Origin: a virus
Direction: 5' to 3' (one strand)
DNA length: 48,744 nt
Virus record (IMG/VR): IMGVR_UViG_3300045988_148990
Positions 31,410 through 40,905 of this stretch are shown piece by piece (the first letter of the stretch is position 1; each line of letters begins with the position of its first letter). The notes beneath the pieces were generated by a model, which had not been told where the DNA came from, searched no databases, and was given only the letters and a program-made list of their open reading frames with translations. Position numbers and translations under genes: made by a program.

Positions 31410-34400
31410 TTCTGATTATCCGTTTGTTATTGCCCTTGTATTCTATTCTCCCCCAAGGAGTAGAGACCACCCTAACCTTGTTCTGCTCAATGAGCGTCTC
31501 AATGCCTCGCTCGACCCCCGACAGGTCGGTGGACGCCCCATTGAAGGCCATCTCATAGTTGGCCTCCAGCCGCCCCGTGTCAAAAATGCCCGTATTGCCC
31601 GTTTTTAGGCCCATAGAGCGGCTTCCGACACTGCGGAGCATATCTTCTACTTTTGCGGAGAGAAAGGCCGAATTCGCCTTGTTTCCGGGGTTTTCTCCTA
31701 TAACCGAGTTTACAAGTTCGGTGGAAGAAACATAATTCTTCTCGAATGTGCCGTTGTCGAGATTGTTTATGGTGTTCATAACCCTCTCAATGCCGTACTT
31801 CTGCACCTTTTCGGTGGAAGAAACATAATTCTTCTCGAATGTGCCGTTATTGAGGTTGTTTATGATGTTCATAACCCTCTCAATGCCGTACTTCTGCACC
31901 TTATCCTTGCGGACTACGCCAACAACTTCGCCCCTCTCAATCCTCCTGCGCCTTCCGTCCTTGGTGTGCCCGAAGTCCACATCGTTATGGGAGGCGTGAG
32001 AGCCGCCATAGTCAATGTACTCGGCCATACCATGTCCGTGGGTTTCGGTATTCGCCAACTGAGCGGCCTGTATCTTGGCGGCGAAGAAACTGCTCCACAT
32101 GAGAGCCGTTGCGGCAATAGCCAACGCAGGGCCCGCAATCGGGATAGAGGAATAGCCACTCCAAAGGTTCGCGGTGGCCGTTACCAATGCGCCAATCTGC
32201 TGCGCAGTATTGATGCCCTCCTGTATCTTCTCCAATCGCTTTCTCTCGGCTATGGCCTGTCTCTCCATTTGCAGTTTCTCCTCATACTCCTTGCGGGCCA
32301 ACTCCACATTGTTGGCATAGCCATTGGCTCTGGCCTGCATTTCGTAGTCCAAGGCAGTCTTGGCACTCTCGGTTTCCTTCTGAGCGGCCTCCACGGCAAC
32401 CTCGGCCATTTCAATGCGCTTATCCATCCACTCGTCCATGTAGTCCATGGAGCGTTGCAGGGCCTCATTGACCGCATTTGCGAAGTCTTGGTATTCCTCC
32501 TTCACACGGAACATCCCCGTTTCGCTGTCCTTTTCTCCCGTCTTGTGGTTGAGGGCGAAACCCAACTCCACGAGGTTGCGGACACCACCTCTCTTGCGCC
32601 TGCCCCTCCTCTGGCTATTGCTTTCCTTGCCCGTGAGAGAGGCAACCTTCTCCACGACCTTTTGGTAGGTATCGGTGAGTTGCAGGCCCTCCTCCTCCAA
32701 CTGACGCAAGAACTCCTCCCAATAGGACTTCTCGTTGGCAAGGAGTTGGCCGTTGAGTTTGTTTTTGAGGTCTATCTCGTCCTGTAAGGAGTGCTCCCTG
32801 TTTTTCAGAACAAGAAGGTCGTTGGCATACTCCATGCGGGCCTTCTTGTCAAGCCACTTGCGCTCCACCTCAATCTGTGAACCAATCCACTTGGCGTTCT
32901 CCTCATCCCAATCGGATTCTTCCTCAACCTCCACGGGCTTGAGGGTGACTTGGAGCATCCTCTGTCTTGCGTCAAGATAGTTTTGCTCCTCCGCAACCAT
33001 AGCCAAAGCCAAGTTACTGAGTTCGGCTTTGATGGCGGCCACCTGCTCCTTGGTGAGTTGAAGTTCCTTGGTATTGTGCTTTGCAAGCATGTCCTCCAAA
33101 GCGGCCTGTTGCTCCATGCGCTTTTCCCTCTCCACCTTGAAATCATAATCCAAGAGAGCGAGCTGCTTTTGTATGCCATCCTCCATCCCGTCAATGATTG
33201 CTTTGAGGGCATCGTTGTAGTAGGAGGGTATTTCAAGAATGGAATCTTTTGCGCCCCTCCCGCCTTTTGTTATGGTTTCAAGCAACCCGTTTATTGGTAT
33301 CTTCTTCTCCAAATCGGCAATCGCGGCCATAGCCTTGTCCGTCTCACCAAGGGCCATATTGAGGGTTTCAAGTGCTTTCGCCTCTTTTCGTCTCGCCTTC
33401 TCGGTCTGCTCTGCGTATTTGCCGTAAGCCTCCCCAAGGTTGGACATGCTCATAATGCGAGCCTCGGTAGCCTCTGCCGCCTCTCTTGCCGCCTTTGCGT
33501 TGTCATACGCAAGTTGCGCCTCGTCAATTTTGGCTTGGTTTTCAAGTATTTGCTGATAATACTTCACCATTTCGTTCATCATAGCGCGAGCAAGGGCGTG
33601 CTCTCTCACGCTTTCAGTGAGCCTGTCTATCGCCCCCTTGGCCTCGCCCGCAACAATCTGCTCCTCAGAATACAACCCAAGCGTCTCTCTGTATTCCTGC
33701 CTAAGCACGCGAGCCGCCATCACCCTATCATTCATAGAGCGGTTGTAGTCCTGCGTAACCTTTACCAAAAACTGCAACTTCGTAACCTCCTGCGCCTCAT
33801 ACTTCGATACTTCAAGGTAAGACTTTGCAAGCATTTCTTCAAGCGTAAGGGCCTTTTCGGTTTCCTTGTTGGCCTCCTCCTGCGCTTTCTTTTTATCATG
33901 GATTGCCTTTGCAATCTTCGGTAGGATAGTAAGGATGACAAGCAAAACGGTCTGCCAAGAAAGCACCGCCTTGAGAGTTGCGCCCACGGCTTTCGTGAAA
34001 CCGCCCAACTCAGTCTGCGCCCGCTTGAAGTTATCCACGAAAATCGGGACGTTGTTGGATATGGCGATAAAGAACTGTTGCACGGAGTTCGCCAAGGTAG
34101 GCATTTCTCGCAGAACCTGCTGGGTTGCGATATTCAGACCATTCAGAGCCTTTCCATAGTCACCAACGGACAGGGTGCTCTTTCCCGTGGCCTCCTGCAT
34201 GGCCTTCATCTCGTTCATTATGCGCAGGGCCTCAGCCTCCCACTCCTTCCCGACTGCGGTGTTGTTCCGCATTTCGGTACTCATGGCATTCAGAGCGGTC
34301 TTGAGGAGGTTGTACTGAGCGTAGAGTTGGTTGTACGAGCCCGCAAGGGCAGTGTTGGCTACCTGCCCGTTCTTGGAGACCTGCTGATGCTGTTTCTCCG

Positions 34401-35046
34401 TTGTTATAAGAGCGTTCAAATCCACTCCCGTTTTCTCCACGATGGGAGAGAGGGACGCATAGGCATTCGCAAGCGAAAGGAGTTCGGCCTTCTGCTTGCT
34501 ATGGGACTTGCCCGCACTGTTGGTCGCAGAGGCATTGGCGTTCTGAGCCTTGGTAAGGTTCTTCACCTGCTCCTCCAAGCCTTTGACAACGGACTGCAAC
34601 TGCTTTATCTCGGCAGAGTTTCCGCTTGTGCCCACCTTTGCCAAAGCGTCTTTCGCGAGGTCGGCCTGCGCCTTCAACCTATCAAGGGCCGAGGCGTATT
34701 CGTCCGTGGCGGTCTTAGCCTTGGCAAGACGCTCGTTTTGGGCTTTCTCCGTGTCAAGGAGAGCCCTCAATGTCTTTTGGTTCTCCTCGTACATCTTGCT
34801 CAGTTGGGTGTAAGACTCGTAGAGTTTATCCGCCTGCGCGGAATCGGTCTTGGTTGTGTCCCTCCCGCCCTTGGTCGCAGAAGAAACGCTCGCCAAAGCC
34901 TCCCCGAGGGCCTGCGCCTCAGACTTTACACTTCCGAGCATCCCTTTGAGTTGCTTTTCAACCCTCGTAATATCGCTTACGAGGCCCTCTATCCCCTGCT
35001 GAATATCAGGACTGAAAAGGTCAGAGTAACTAATCGGGTTTTCCAT
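31402..35046 (-). CDS. tail tape measure protein (1214 aa)
   Basis: Called on length, extended coiled-coil A/E/K/L-rich sequence, central hydrophobic segments, and position after the chaperone-like gene. Confidence 0.85.
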   Translation of the reverse strand: MENPISYSDLFSPDIQQGIEGLVSDITRVEKQLKGMLGSVKSEAQALGEALASVSSATKGGRDTTKTDSAQADKLYESYTQLSKMYEENQKTLRALLDTEKAQNERLAKAKTATDEYASALDRLKAQADLAKDALAKVGTSGNSAEIKQLQSVVKGLEEQVKNLTKAQNANASATNSAGKSHSKQKAELLSLANAYASLSPIVEKTGVDLNALITTEKQHQQVSKNGQVANTALAGSYNQLYAQYNLLKTALNAMSTEMRNNTAVGKEWEAEALRIMNEMKAMQEATGKSTLSVGDYGKALNGLNIATQQVLREMPTLANSVQQFFIAISNNVPIFVDNFKRAQTELGGFTKAVGATLKAVLSWQTVLLVILTILPKIAKAIHDKKKAQEEANKETEKALTLEEMLAKSYLEVSKYEAQEVTKLQFLVKVTQDYNRSMNDRVMAARVLRQEYRETLGLYSEEQIVAGEAKGAIDRLTESVREHALARAMMNEMVKYYQQILENQAKIDEAQLAYDNAKAAREAAEATEARIMSMSNLGEAYGKYAEQTEKARRKEAKALETLNMALGETDKAMAAIADLEKKIPINGLLETITKGGRGAKDSILEIPSYYNDALKAIIDGMEDGIQKQLALLDYDFKVEREKRMEQQAALEDMLAKHNTKELQLTKEQVAAIKAELSNLALAMVAEEQNYLDARQRMLQVTLKPVEVEEESDWDEENAKWIGSQIEVERKWLDKKARMEYANDLLVLKNREHSLQDEIDLKNKLNGQLLANEKSYWEEFLRQLEEEGLQLTDTYQKVVEKVASLTGKESNSQRRGRRKRGGVRNLVELGFALNHKTGEKDSETGMFRVKEEYQDFANAVNEALQRSMDYMDEWMDKRIEMAEVAVEAAQKETESAKTALDYEMQARANGYANNVELARKEYEEKLQMERQAIAERKRLEKIQEGINTAQQIGALVTATANLWSGYSSIPIAGPALAIAATALMWSSFFAAKIQAAQLANTETHGHGMAEYIDYGGSHASHNDVDFGHTKDGRRRRIERGEVVGVVRKDKVQKYGIERVMNIINNLNNGTFEKNYVSSTEKVQKYGIERVMNTINNLDNGTFEKNYVSSTELVNSVIGENPGNKANSAFLSAKVEDMLRSVGSRSMGLKTGNTGIFDTGRLEANYEMAFNGASTDLSGVERGIETLIEQNKVRVVSTPWGRIEYKGNNKRIIRNG
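31717..31902 (-). repeat. tandem 93-bp (31-aa) duplication inside the tape measure gene
   Basis: KVQKYGIERVMN(I/T)INNL(N/D)NGTFEKNYVSSTE x2. About 6 mismatches per 93 nt. Confidence 0.9.
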
Positions 35047-35048
35047 AA

Positions 35049-35816
35049 CTATCTCTTTCTATTGTTTCTCAACTTCTTGGCCTCGTTGTACTGACGGGTC
35101 AGACGCTCAAAGGCCGTGTAAAACTCCATAGTGGTGAACTTCTTAATGCCACCACCAAACTCCTTTGCCATCAACAGGCACATGTCCTCGAACTGCTTGT
35201 CAAACCTCACCTCCTCGCTGTCCGCCCCCATGAATCCTTTGGGATTCTGCATGGAGAGGATTTTTCGGGTGACCTCCTCCAACTTGTCCGAGTTGTCCTC
35301 CTCCTTGACAATGGCCGTTATCTGCAATATGGCCCTTTGCCTCAGAAGGTCGGTATAGTTCTTTTGGGTGCTATCCTCAAACACATGGGGGAAGTATTGC
35401 AGGAGGTTCTCGTCAATGGCATCTCGCACTTTGGCGGCTATCTCGTCCAACTCTTTGAGGCTCGCCCCATTAACAACATCATAGAGCCTGTCGAGGCCAT
35501 TGTCGGAAAAGTCCGTCCAATCCCGCCCATCCACGCTCTTGACGAGGCACAAGGTGGCCTTGTTATGAATGTCCTGCTCCGTTGCCACCACATAGAGGCA
35601 TTGACGCAGGTTCAAAATTTCTTGGGTTGCCTTCTTGATGTCGGTTCTGATGAACTGCAAAATACGGCTTATGTGGCGGTCTATGTCGTTGATGTTGTCA
35701 CCAATGCCGCCCTCGATGAGAACGAATTTCGAGTAGCGGTGAAACTGCACGACAGGCAAGTCTTCCACAGAATCGTAAAAGACAACACTATGATTATTAA
35801 GGCTTTTCGTAATCAT
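35049..35816 (-). CDS. tail assembly chaperone-like protein (255 aa)
   Basis: Track ORF trimmed to ATG 35816 (an ATGA overlap with the HNH H3 stop). Lies directly upstream of the tape measure. Confidence 0.4.
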   Translation of the reverse strand: MITKSLNNHSVVFYDSVEDLPVVQFHRYSKFVLIEGGIGDNINDIDRHISRILQFIRTDIKKATQEILNLRQCLYVVATEQDIHNKATLCLVKSVDGRDWTDFSDNGLDRLYDVVNGASLKELDEIAAKVRDAIDENLLQYFPHVFEDSTQKNYTDLLRQRAILQITAIVKEEDNSDKLEEVTRKILSMQNPKGFMGADSEEVRFDKQFEDMCLLMAKEFGGGIKKFTTMEFYTAFERLTRQYNEAKKLRNNRKR

Positions 35817-36367
35817 TCCACAAACCTCCAAACATAGCCGCCCGCAGAGTTGAATCCGTAGATGCCACCCTTGGCAACCTTTGAAATGTTACTCGCCTGT
35901 ATGCCTGTCTTTTCTTGCGCCTCATTAAGGCTACCATACCGCGCAACGAACTCGCCACTTTTTGTGTACTGCTCAACGGGCTTAAACTTTGCGAGGCGCA
36001 TCCTTTCGACACGAGAGCCATAAGTGTTATTGTAGGCGGCAGTGCACCACTCCAAGTTCTCAACGCGATTATTCGCCTTATTCTCGTCTTTGTGGTTAAT
36101 GTATTTGAGACCAAGCGGGTTTGGCAAGAAGTGTTCTGCCACCAACCTGTGAACCTTAATACGTTTGAGTTTTGCGTTTTTCCACAGGTTCACGCCCCAA
36201 TACCCCCACTTGTCAATAGTAGGAACTAAGAGCATTTCGGGCTGATTCACAAGCGTCTTGTGCCCCTTTCCGCGCATGATGTCCTTTTCAAGAGCAAGAA
36301 CCCTGCCCTTGTCGCTGATTTTGTAGATACCCTCGTACCCACAAATGTCTTTCCATAACTCTTTCAT
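35813..36367 (-). CDS. free-standing HNH homing endonuclease, paralog H3
   Basis: Track ORF trimmed to MKELWKDICGYEGIYKISDKGRV. VHRLVAEHFLPNP...INHKDENKANNRVENLEW. Confidence 0.85.
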   Translation of the reverse strand: MKELWKDICGYEGIYKISDKGRVLALEKDIMRGKGHKTLVNQPEMLLVPTIDKWGYWGVNLWKNAKLKRIKVHRLVAEHFLPNPLGLKYINHKDENKANNRVENLEWCTAAYNNTYGSRVERMRLAKFKPVEQYTKSGEFVARYGSLNEAQEKTGIQASNISKVAKGGIYGFNSAGGYVWRFVE

Positions 36368-36391
36368 ACCTTTTAATAGATTTAATCTATA

Positions 36392-36399
36392 CAAAGATA
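36392..36399 (-). promoter_or_regulatory. -7 box TATCTTTG for HNH H3
   Basis: The plus strand reads CAAAGATA. Flanked by the 13-bp tandem GAAAGGTAAAT x2 (36401..36424), which contributes two further TACCTTTC near-boxes. Confidence 0.5.
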
Positions 36400-36439
36400 C
36401 GAAAGGTAAATATGAAAGGTAAATCTTTTTTACCATTTG

Positions 36440-36688
36440 TTACCACCTTAAAGTTGACGAAAATATAGGGACGAACAAGAGCCACCAATGAACAAATATA
36501 GACAGAAAAGCGCATATCCCCATTCCCAACCAAAAAGATTGGCAAAACTCACAAGTGAAGAGTTCATAGAGAAACTTGTTTGGAGCATTAACTTGCAACC
36601 ATTCAAGTATCCCCCATTTTATAGCCAATGTCCGTAAAAATTTTACGGCACAAGCCACAAGAAAAACATAAATCGCAAATTCCATCAT
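36440..36688 (-). CDS. small integral membrane protein (DUF1360-like CxxC...W pattern)
   Basis: FAIYVFLVACAV; ELFTCEFCQSFWLGMGICAFLSIFVHWWLLFVPIF. Has an ATGA overlap with the tube gene. Confidence 0.55.
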   Translation of the reverse strand: MMEFAIYVFLVACAVKFLRTLAIKWGILEWLQVNAPNKFLYELFTCEFCQSFWLGMGICAFLSIFVHWWLLFVPIFSSTLRW

Positions 36689-37338
36689 ATATCGAAACTT
36701 TGATTAAATGCCAAACCGAAAGAGCCGTCCCTAAGAAACGCACCTATGTTTTCAAGGTCGTCAATAGGGTTAAAATCAGGTGTCACCACGGTTAAAGTGT
36801 CTGAATAATTCGCCTTAAATGCGAATGACATCGTGTTTCTGTCCGGTTGAGATAATCCGTGAAGCACCAAATCGCCCACGAAAAGAGAGCGAATGGGGAT
36901 AGGAAAGTATTTGTCGCTTTCTCTCAATGCAAGAATCTGCCCATTCCCGTTGAAAAAGTAAACTCCAAGGTCTTTTATTCTCGTGAGTATTTTCAACGCG
37001 TAGATTATCTCTTGCGGATAATTCCTTAACGCAAATGACATCTTGACCGGATTTATGCCCATTATGAGTTCTATTCCGTCAAGTGTTTGGTTTCCCCCTC
37101 CGAAAGTGCGTTCATCCCCTCCCTCTGAATTTGGAGATTCAACATACGGAGTTATCACCAACTTCGTTCTGTCTTCCGCAGAGAGAAACGCAGTCCAAGA
37201 ACTTTTATCTTGGATAGGTTTCTCCGAAGAAAAGAAGTTGCCTATTCTTTGAAATGCTATTTTCTGCACCTGCCCATAGTTGACCTTGCATTTGAGGTTC
37301 AGAATCGCAGGCATGGTTTGAGGACAATCGTAAATCAT
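36685..37338 (-). CDS. major tail tube protein (paralog B)
   Basis: Called by position (after the neck genes, before chaperone and tape measure). Paralogous to 44131..44754. Confidence 0.55.
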   Translation of the reverse strand: MIYDCPQTMPAILNLKCKVNYGQVQKIAFQRIGNFFSSEKPIQDKSSWTAFLSAEDRTKLVITPYVESPNSEGGDERTFGGGNQTLDGIELIMGINPVKMSFALRNYPQEIIYALKILTRIKDLGVYFFNGNGQILALRESDKYFPIPIRSLFVGDLVLHGLSQPDRNTMSFAFKANYSDTLTVVTPDFNPIDDLENIGAFLRDGSFGLAFNQSFDI

Positions 37339-37353
37339 AAGTGTTCTATATAA

Positions 37354-37911
37354 TCAATGTTCTATCGGGACACAAGGGATACGAGTTTCGATGACTCCGT
37401 CAATCCTCAATCCGGCAAATGGAGACATCATATATTGGTTGTTGGTATGCTCGTAGGAAAAATCCGCAAAAACATTCTGTGGTTTCTCGTAAATCCGGGA
37501 TGTCTTGAAGTTCGCAAGATGCGCTCCGCTCAGAATACCCAAAATTTGCCCCTTAACAGCCTCTGTATTGCGTTCATCAACGGGCAGCGACACTTTCCTC
37601 ATATCATACCATATAATGAGCGAAATGGGTGTTTTTATGAGATTTGCTTTTGATGCTATTTCTTGGGGGTCTCTCAATGTGAAGAAAGAAAAATTCCCGA
37701 TTTCCTCACAAGGCATAATCTGCTCATATTGCCCATTCCCCACATAAACATTTGCCGATGTGAATCTTTTTCCATTCTTCACATCCGTAAGAGTTTCACA
37801 AATGCCTATCGCGTGGTCTAACCATGGCAGGTTGGCGGCAAGGGCCTTCTGAATCGGAAGCACGGCCAAATCGAACATCTTGGGGTCGGTCTTTTGGGGT
37901 ATTCTATCCAT
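37354..37911 (-). CDS. head-tail / neck protein (185 aa)
   Basis: Called by position only. Confidence 0.4.
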   Translation of the reverse strand: MDRIPQKTDPKMFDLAVLPIQKALAANLPWLDHAIGICETLTDVKNGKRFTSANVYVGNGQYEQIMPCEEIGNFSFFTLRDPQEIASKANLIKTPISLIIWYDMRKVSLPVDERNTEAVKGQILGILSGAHLANFKTSRIYEKPQNVFADFSYEHTNNQYMMSPFAGLRIDGVIETRIPCVPIEH

Positions 37912-37921
37912 TGTTATTGAT

Positions 37922-38395
37922 TTATAATTGATTTCTGATTGCTATCAAAACGGCATCCCTTACTTCGGGCATAAGTTCGTCCATTTCAGGGTCGGACAAG
38001 CCCCATGCACTCCCGTTAAGGTTATGCGCATACTCGGGGGCACTCTCGTGGTCGGGGTATATTGCCACACAATTGTCCTCGGGGTACACTCTGAGGCTTT
38101 CGTGGGTCTTTCCCGTCTCGTAGTAGGTGTAGTAGTGGTCGGGCAGCCCAACCTCGCGCTTGTGCTTTGCGGTCCTGTCAGCATAGATACCCAACTGAAC
38201 ATAGTTGCGGTTTCCCTGCTCGGAATAGAGGCGGTCAGTGTTCATTTCCAGCATGCGTTTCTGAATGTCAGCACGGGAGAAGAACTGCCTCAGCGCAAAA
38301 CCGATGTCAACGGAGGGTATATCGTCCATAGGAATATCCCCCGAGGGAATATCAATCCCCCGGAGGAAGTTCACTATGCGCTCTACTCCCGCCAT
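37922..38395 (-). CDS. head-tail / neck protein (157 aa)
   Basis: Called by position only. Confidence 0.4.
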   Translation of the reverse strand: MAGVERIVNFLRGIDIPSGDIPMDDIPSVDIGFALRQFFSRADIQKRMLEMNTDRLYSEQGNRNYVQLGIYADRTAKHKREVGLPDHYYTYYETGKTHESLRVYPEDNCVAIYPDHESAPEYAHNLNGSAWGLSDPEMDELMPEVRDAVLIAIRNQL

Positions 38396-39654
38396 TACAC
38401 GATTGCTCCGTATCGGATGCCCTTGTTCTTACAAGTCATGCACAGAGGGTCAAGCCCTTTGAGGTCAACGGCTATGGCCTTGTAGGCCCGGGTGAGTTCT
38501 CCCTGCATGCCCCTCACTCCCTGTCCGTCACCAAAGACCTCGAACAAGATGTTGTTGCGGTCAACGTTGGACTGGGTGCGGTTCACGGCCACCTCCGGGT
38601 TGGTTGCAATATCCCGCAGGGCCTCCGTAGCCACCTGCAACTGAATGAGGTTCGCGAATTGGAACTTCTCCGCCATGAGGGTTTCCGTCACGTCACAGGC
38701 CATGGTGAACATCATATTGAGGCCGTAGTTGTCGGCAGGGGTGTAGATGTTGTCCTCCACATCCCACAGCGTTTCGTCCCAATCGCTCATAGCCACATAG
38801 AACGGGCTGAGGGTGACGTACCTCTGCATGAGGCGGTAAAGTTGGAGGTCTCCCTTGTTGCACGAACCACAAGGCTCTCTGCTCCAATCCCGTCCGAAGT
38901 TGATGCTCTCCATATACGGAGGAAGGGCCGCTTGGTTATACACCACATACCAACTGCCGCCTGCGTTGATTTCATCATTGACATACGGCAAGACCCAATC
39001 CAAATCCACCCACATGAACGTGCCGTTGGACTTGTCAATGGTGATTACCTTGGTGGAAATCGGCTCGGGCTGAGAGGAGTGGAACAGATAGAGTTTCATG
39101 TCCCCCGTGTTGCCATACATCTGAACGCCAACCTTGTTGATGGTTGTGGTGATGCCCTGTGTGCGGATAGGGGTAATCTCAAAGCCCACGAGGTTGCCAC
39201 GGTTGGGGGTGCGGGCTTCCTTACGGCCTGCTCCGTCAAAAAGCACCCTGCGGTCAACAAGGTTCTTGCTTTCGAGGCCGATAATCTTCTCATTAACAAC
39301 CTTGACAATAGCCTTCTTGATGCCCCTCTCGGTAATAGAGGTGAGGTAGTCCTCCAAGGCATCGTACTCAGCCCAATAGAGGGTGTCAACAAGGTCTCGG
39401 TTGTTCTCGTCTTTCAGAGAGAGGTAAATCTTACCTTCCTTGGAGACTTTTTCCCCCTTGTTATAGACACGGCCCTGCTCGTAGGCGGGGTATCTGTCGG
39501 CCAAGTCCTTTGGCATTACGCCACGGAGCGCACGAAGGGTGAGGAGTGGGTTCGCCTCTTGGTAGTATAGGCCACTCTCGGACTTGGAGAGGGCGGTGTC
39601 TTTCCACCCCACAAGAGCGGAGAACGATTTCACTAATTCTGCTAATCTATACAT
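38395..39654 (-). CDS. structural protein of unknown role (419 aa)
   Basis: Track ORF. It has its own -7 box directly after the capsid-gene terminator. Confidence 0.5.
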   Translation of the reverse strand: MYRLAELVKSFSALVGWKDTALSKSESGLYYQEANPLLTLRALRGVMPKDLADRYPAYEQGRVYNKGEKVSKEGKIYLSLKDENNRDLVDTLYWAEYDALEDYLTSITERGIKKAIVKVVNEKIIGLESKNLVDRRVLFDGAGRKEARTPNRGNLVGFEITPIRTQGITTTINKVGVQMYGNTGDMKLYLFHSSQPEPISTKVITIDKSNGTFMWVDLDWVLPYVNDEINAGGSWYVVYNQAALPPYMESINFGRDWSREPCGSCNKGDLQLYRLMQRYVTLSPFYVAMSDWDETLWDVEDNIYTPADNYGLNMMFTMACDVTETLMAEKFQFANLIQLQVATEALRDIATNPEVAVNRTQSNVDRNNILFEVFGDGQGVRGMQGELTRAYKAIAVDLKGLDPLCMTCKNKGIRYGAIV

Positions 39655-39661
39655 AATGCCA

Positions 39662-39669
39662 CAAAGTTA
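39662..39669 (-). promoter_or_regulatory. -7 box TAACTTTG
   Basis: The plus strand reads CAAAGTTA, 7 nt upstream of ATG 39654. Confidence 0.5.
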
Positions 39670-39671
39670 AT

Positions 39672-39706
39672 GAAAAGGGAGGTGAAAGCCACGCCTCCAC
39701 CTCCCC
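39672..39706 (-). terminator. intrinsic terminator after the major capsid gene
   Basis: Minus-strand 8-bp stem GGGAGGTG/CACCTCCC followed by TTTTCATT. Confidence 0.55.
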
Positions 39707-39728
39707 ATTACTCAGACTTTAAAGGGGA

Positions 39729-40835
39729 CTACTGAACCTCCTTGGTGTTGACAGGGTTGGTAGCGTCATTCACCACGGTTACAGGCTGAGCGTAGGTGTT
39801 ACCCTTGGCGATGGCAGCCTTGATAATCGGGTTGGCCTTGGTGGCGAGTGCGCTATTGTAGGCCACAACGAAGGCTACGTCAACGGAGAAACCATAGAAT
39901 TCCTTCTTGGCGCAAGTGAGGTCTGCGGTGGCATCCCCCGCGATTGCGCTCTGGTCTCCCACGCTCTCGTAATAGTGCAGGCCCACAGGCACGTCAATGT
40001 AAGGCATGTCAATGATGTCCCACTCGTGGCCGATTGCGGTCTTAGTGCTGCGTGCGGCCTCGCGGTCGTAGCGGAACAGGACATCCACATTACCGTCCTC
40101 AACGGCATAGAAGGTGGCGTAGTCGGAATCACCATTAACAAGGCGGTTGGTAAAGTGGAACTCCTTGTTGTTCCATTCGAGGGACTTGTCGACATAGTTG
40201 AACTCTCCCTTTTCAGCGAGTTTGTTCAGAAGGCTACGGACGCCTGCGTTACCGATGATATGCACACGGCCATAGTAGTCATTCGCCTGCATCATAGGTT
40301 CGATGTCAGAGAGAATGTCCTCACGAGAGGCCCACGGCACGGCAATCACATCGGCAACCTCACTATAAATGAGGGTGTCACCGAACACCTGCGTCTTGTT
40401 GGCTGACAGGATGGCAAGAGCCGCGCTGTCAAGGGCCGCGCCAAGAACACGGGCGCACTTCTTGAACTTCTTCTCGATGTCGTTCTGCATGTCAATCTCG
40501 TTGTTGGAGTACATGGCAGGGACTACGGTGAAACCTACGGCATAGGTGGCGAAGGTCAGACCTACGAGAGCGGAGGTGTTTTCGGCGTCAGCCACGGTAC
40601 AGGAACGGACGTTGGAGACGGTGACTGTACCATCGTAGGTGATAACAGGCATCTGCAAGGTCTTACCCATACTGTCAATGGCCTTGGCACGCATTTCCTC
40701 GGTCAGAAGGGGGTTGGTCTTACTCTGCTGAACAAAGAAGTCAAACGCCCCATACTCGGACAGACGATGTTCATTCTTGTCAAGCCTGCTATTCTTGACG
40801 CGAATGGAATTGAGAATGGTTGCTGCTAAACTCAT
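39729..40835 (-). CDS. major capsid protein (368 aa)
   Basis: Called on size, position after the scaffold, and the dedicated terminator. No SD; A-rich leader AAAAAACAAACAAAACC before the ATG. Confidence 0.65.
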   Translation of the reverse strand: MSLAATILNSIRVKNSRLDKNEHRLSEYGAFDFFVQQSKTNPLLTEEMRAKAIDSMGKTLQMPVITYDGTVTVSNVRSCTVADAENTSALVGLTFATYAVGFTVVPAMYSNNEIDMQNDIEKKFKKCARVLGAALDSAALAILSANKTQVFGDTLIYSEVADVIAVPWASREDILSDIEPMMQANDYYGRVHIIGNAGVRSLLNKLAEKGEFNYVDKSLEWNNKEFHFTNRLVNGDSDYATFYAVEDGNVDVLFRYDREAARSTKTAIGHEWDIIDMPYIDVPVGLHYYESVGDQSAIAGDATADLTCAKKEFYGFSVDVAFVVAYNSALATKANPIIKAAIAKGNTYAQPVTVVNDATNPVNTKEVQ

Positions 40836-40905
40836 GGTTTTGTTTGTTTTTTAATTGTTTGTGTTTGGTTTTGTTTTGCTTTTGTAAGGCTTACCCCTTG
40901 CCTTG

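Noticed and set aside
28497-35094. Long antisense ORFs opposite the 967-aa tail gene and the tape measure (28497..29387, 29628..30731, 31966..32787, 32950..33924, 34078..35094). Similar ones lie opposite ardC (7475..8131), dnaB (14804..15391), 38395..39654 (38659..39570) and terL (47442..48191).
   Set aside because: These are typical mirror-frame ORFs of codon-biased genes. They have no start context or promoter box and give Leu/Arg/Val-rich nonsense-like sequence. Each is fully contained within a strongly supported gene on the other strand.
35049-35816. Programmed -1 frameshift (G/GT-type) in the tail chaperone-like gene.
   Set aside because: There is no overlapping downstream ORF in the -1 frame before the tape measure start, and I could identify no slippery heptamer. 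Only a single 255-aa product is supported.
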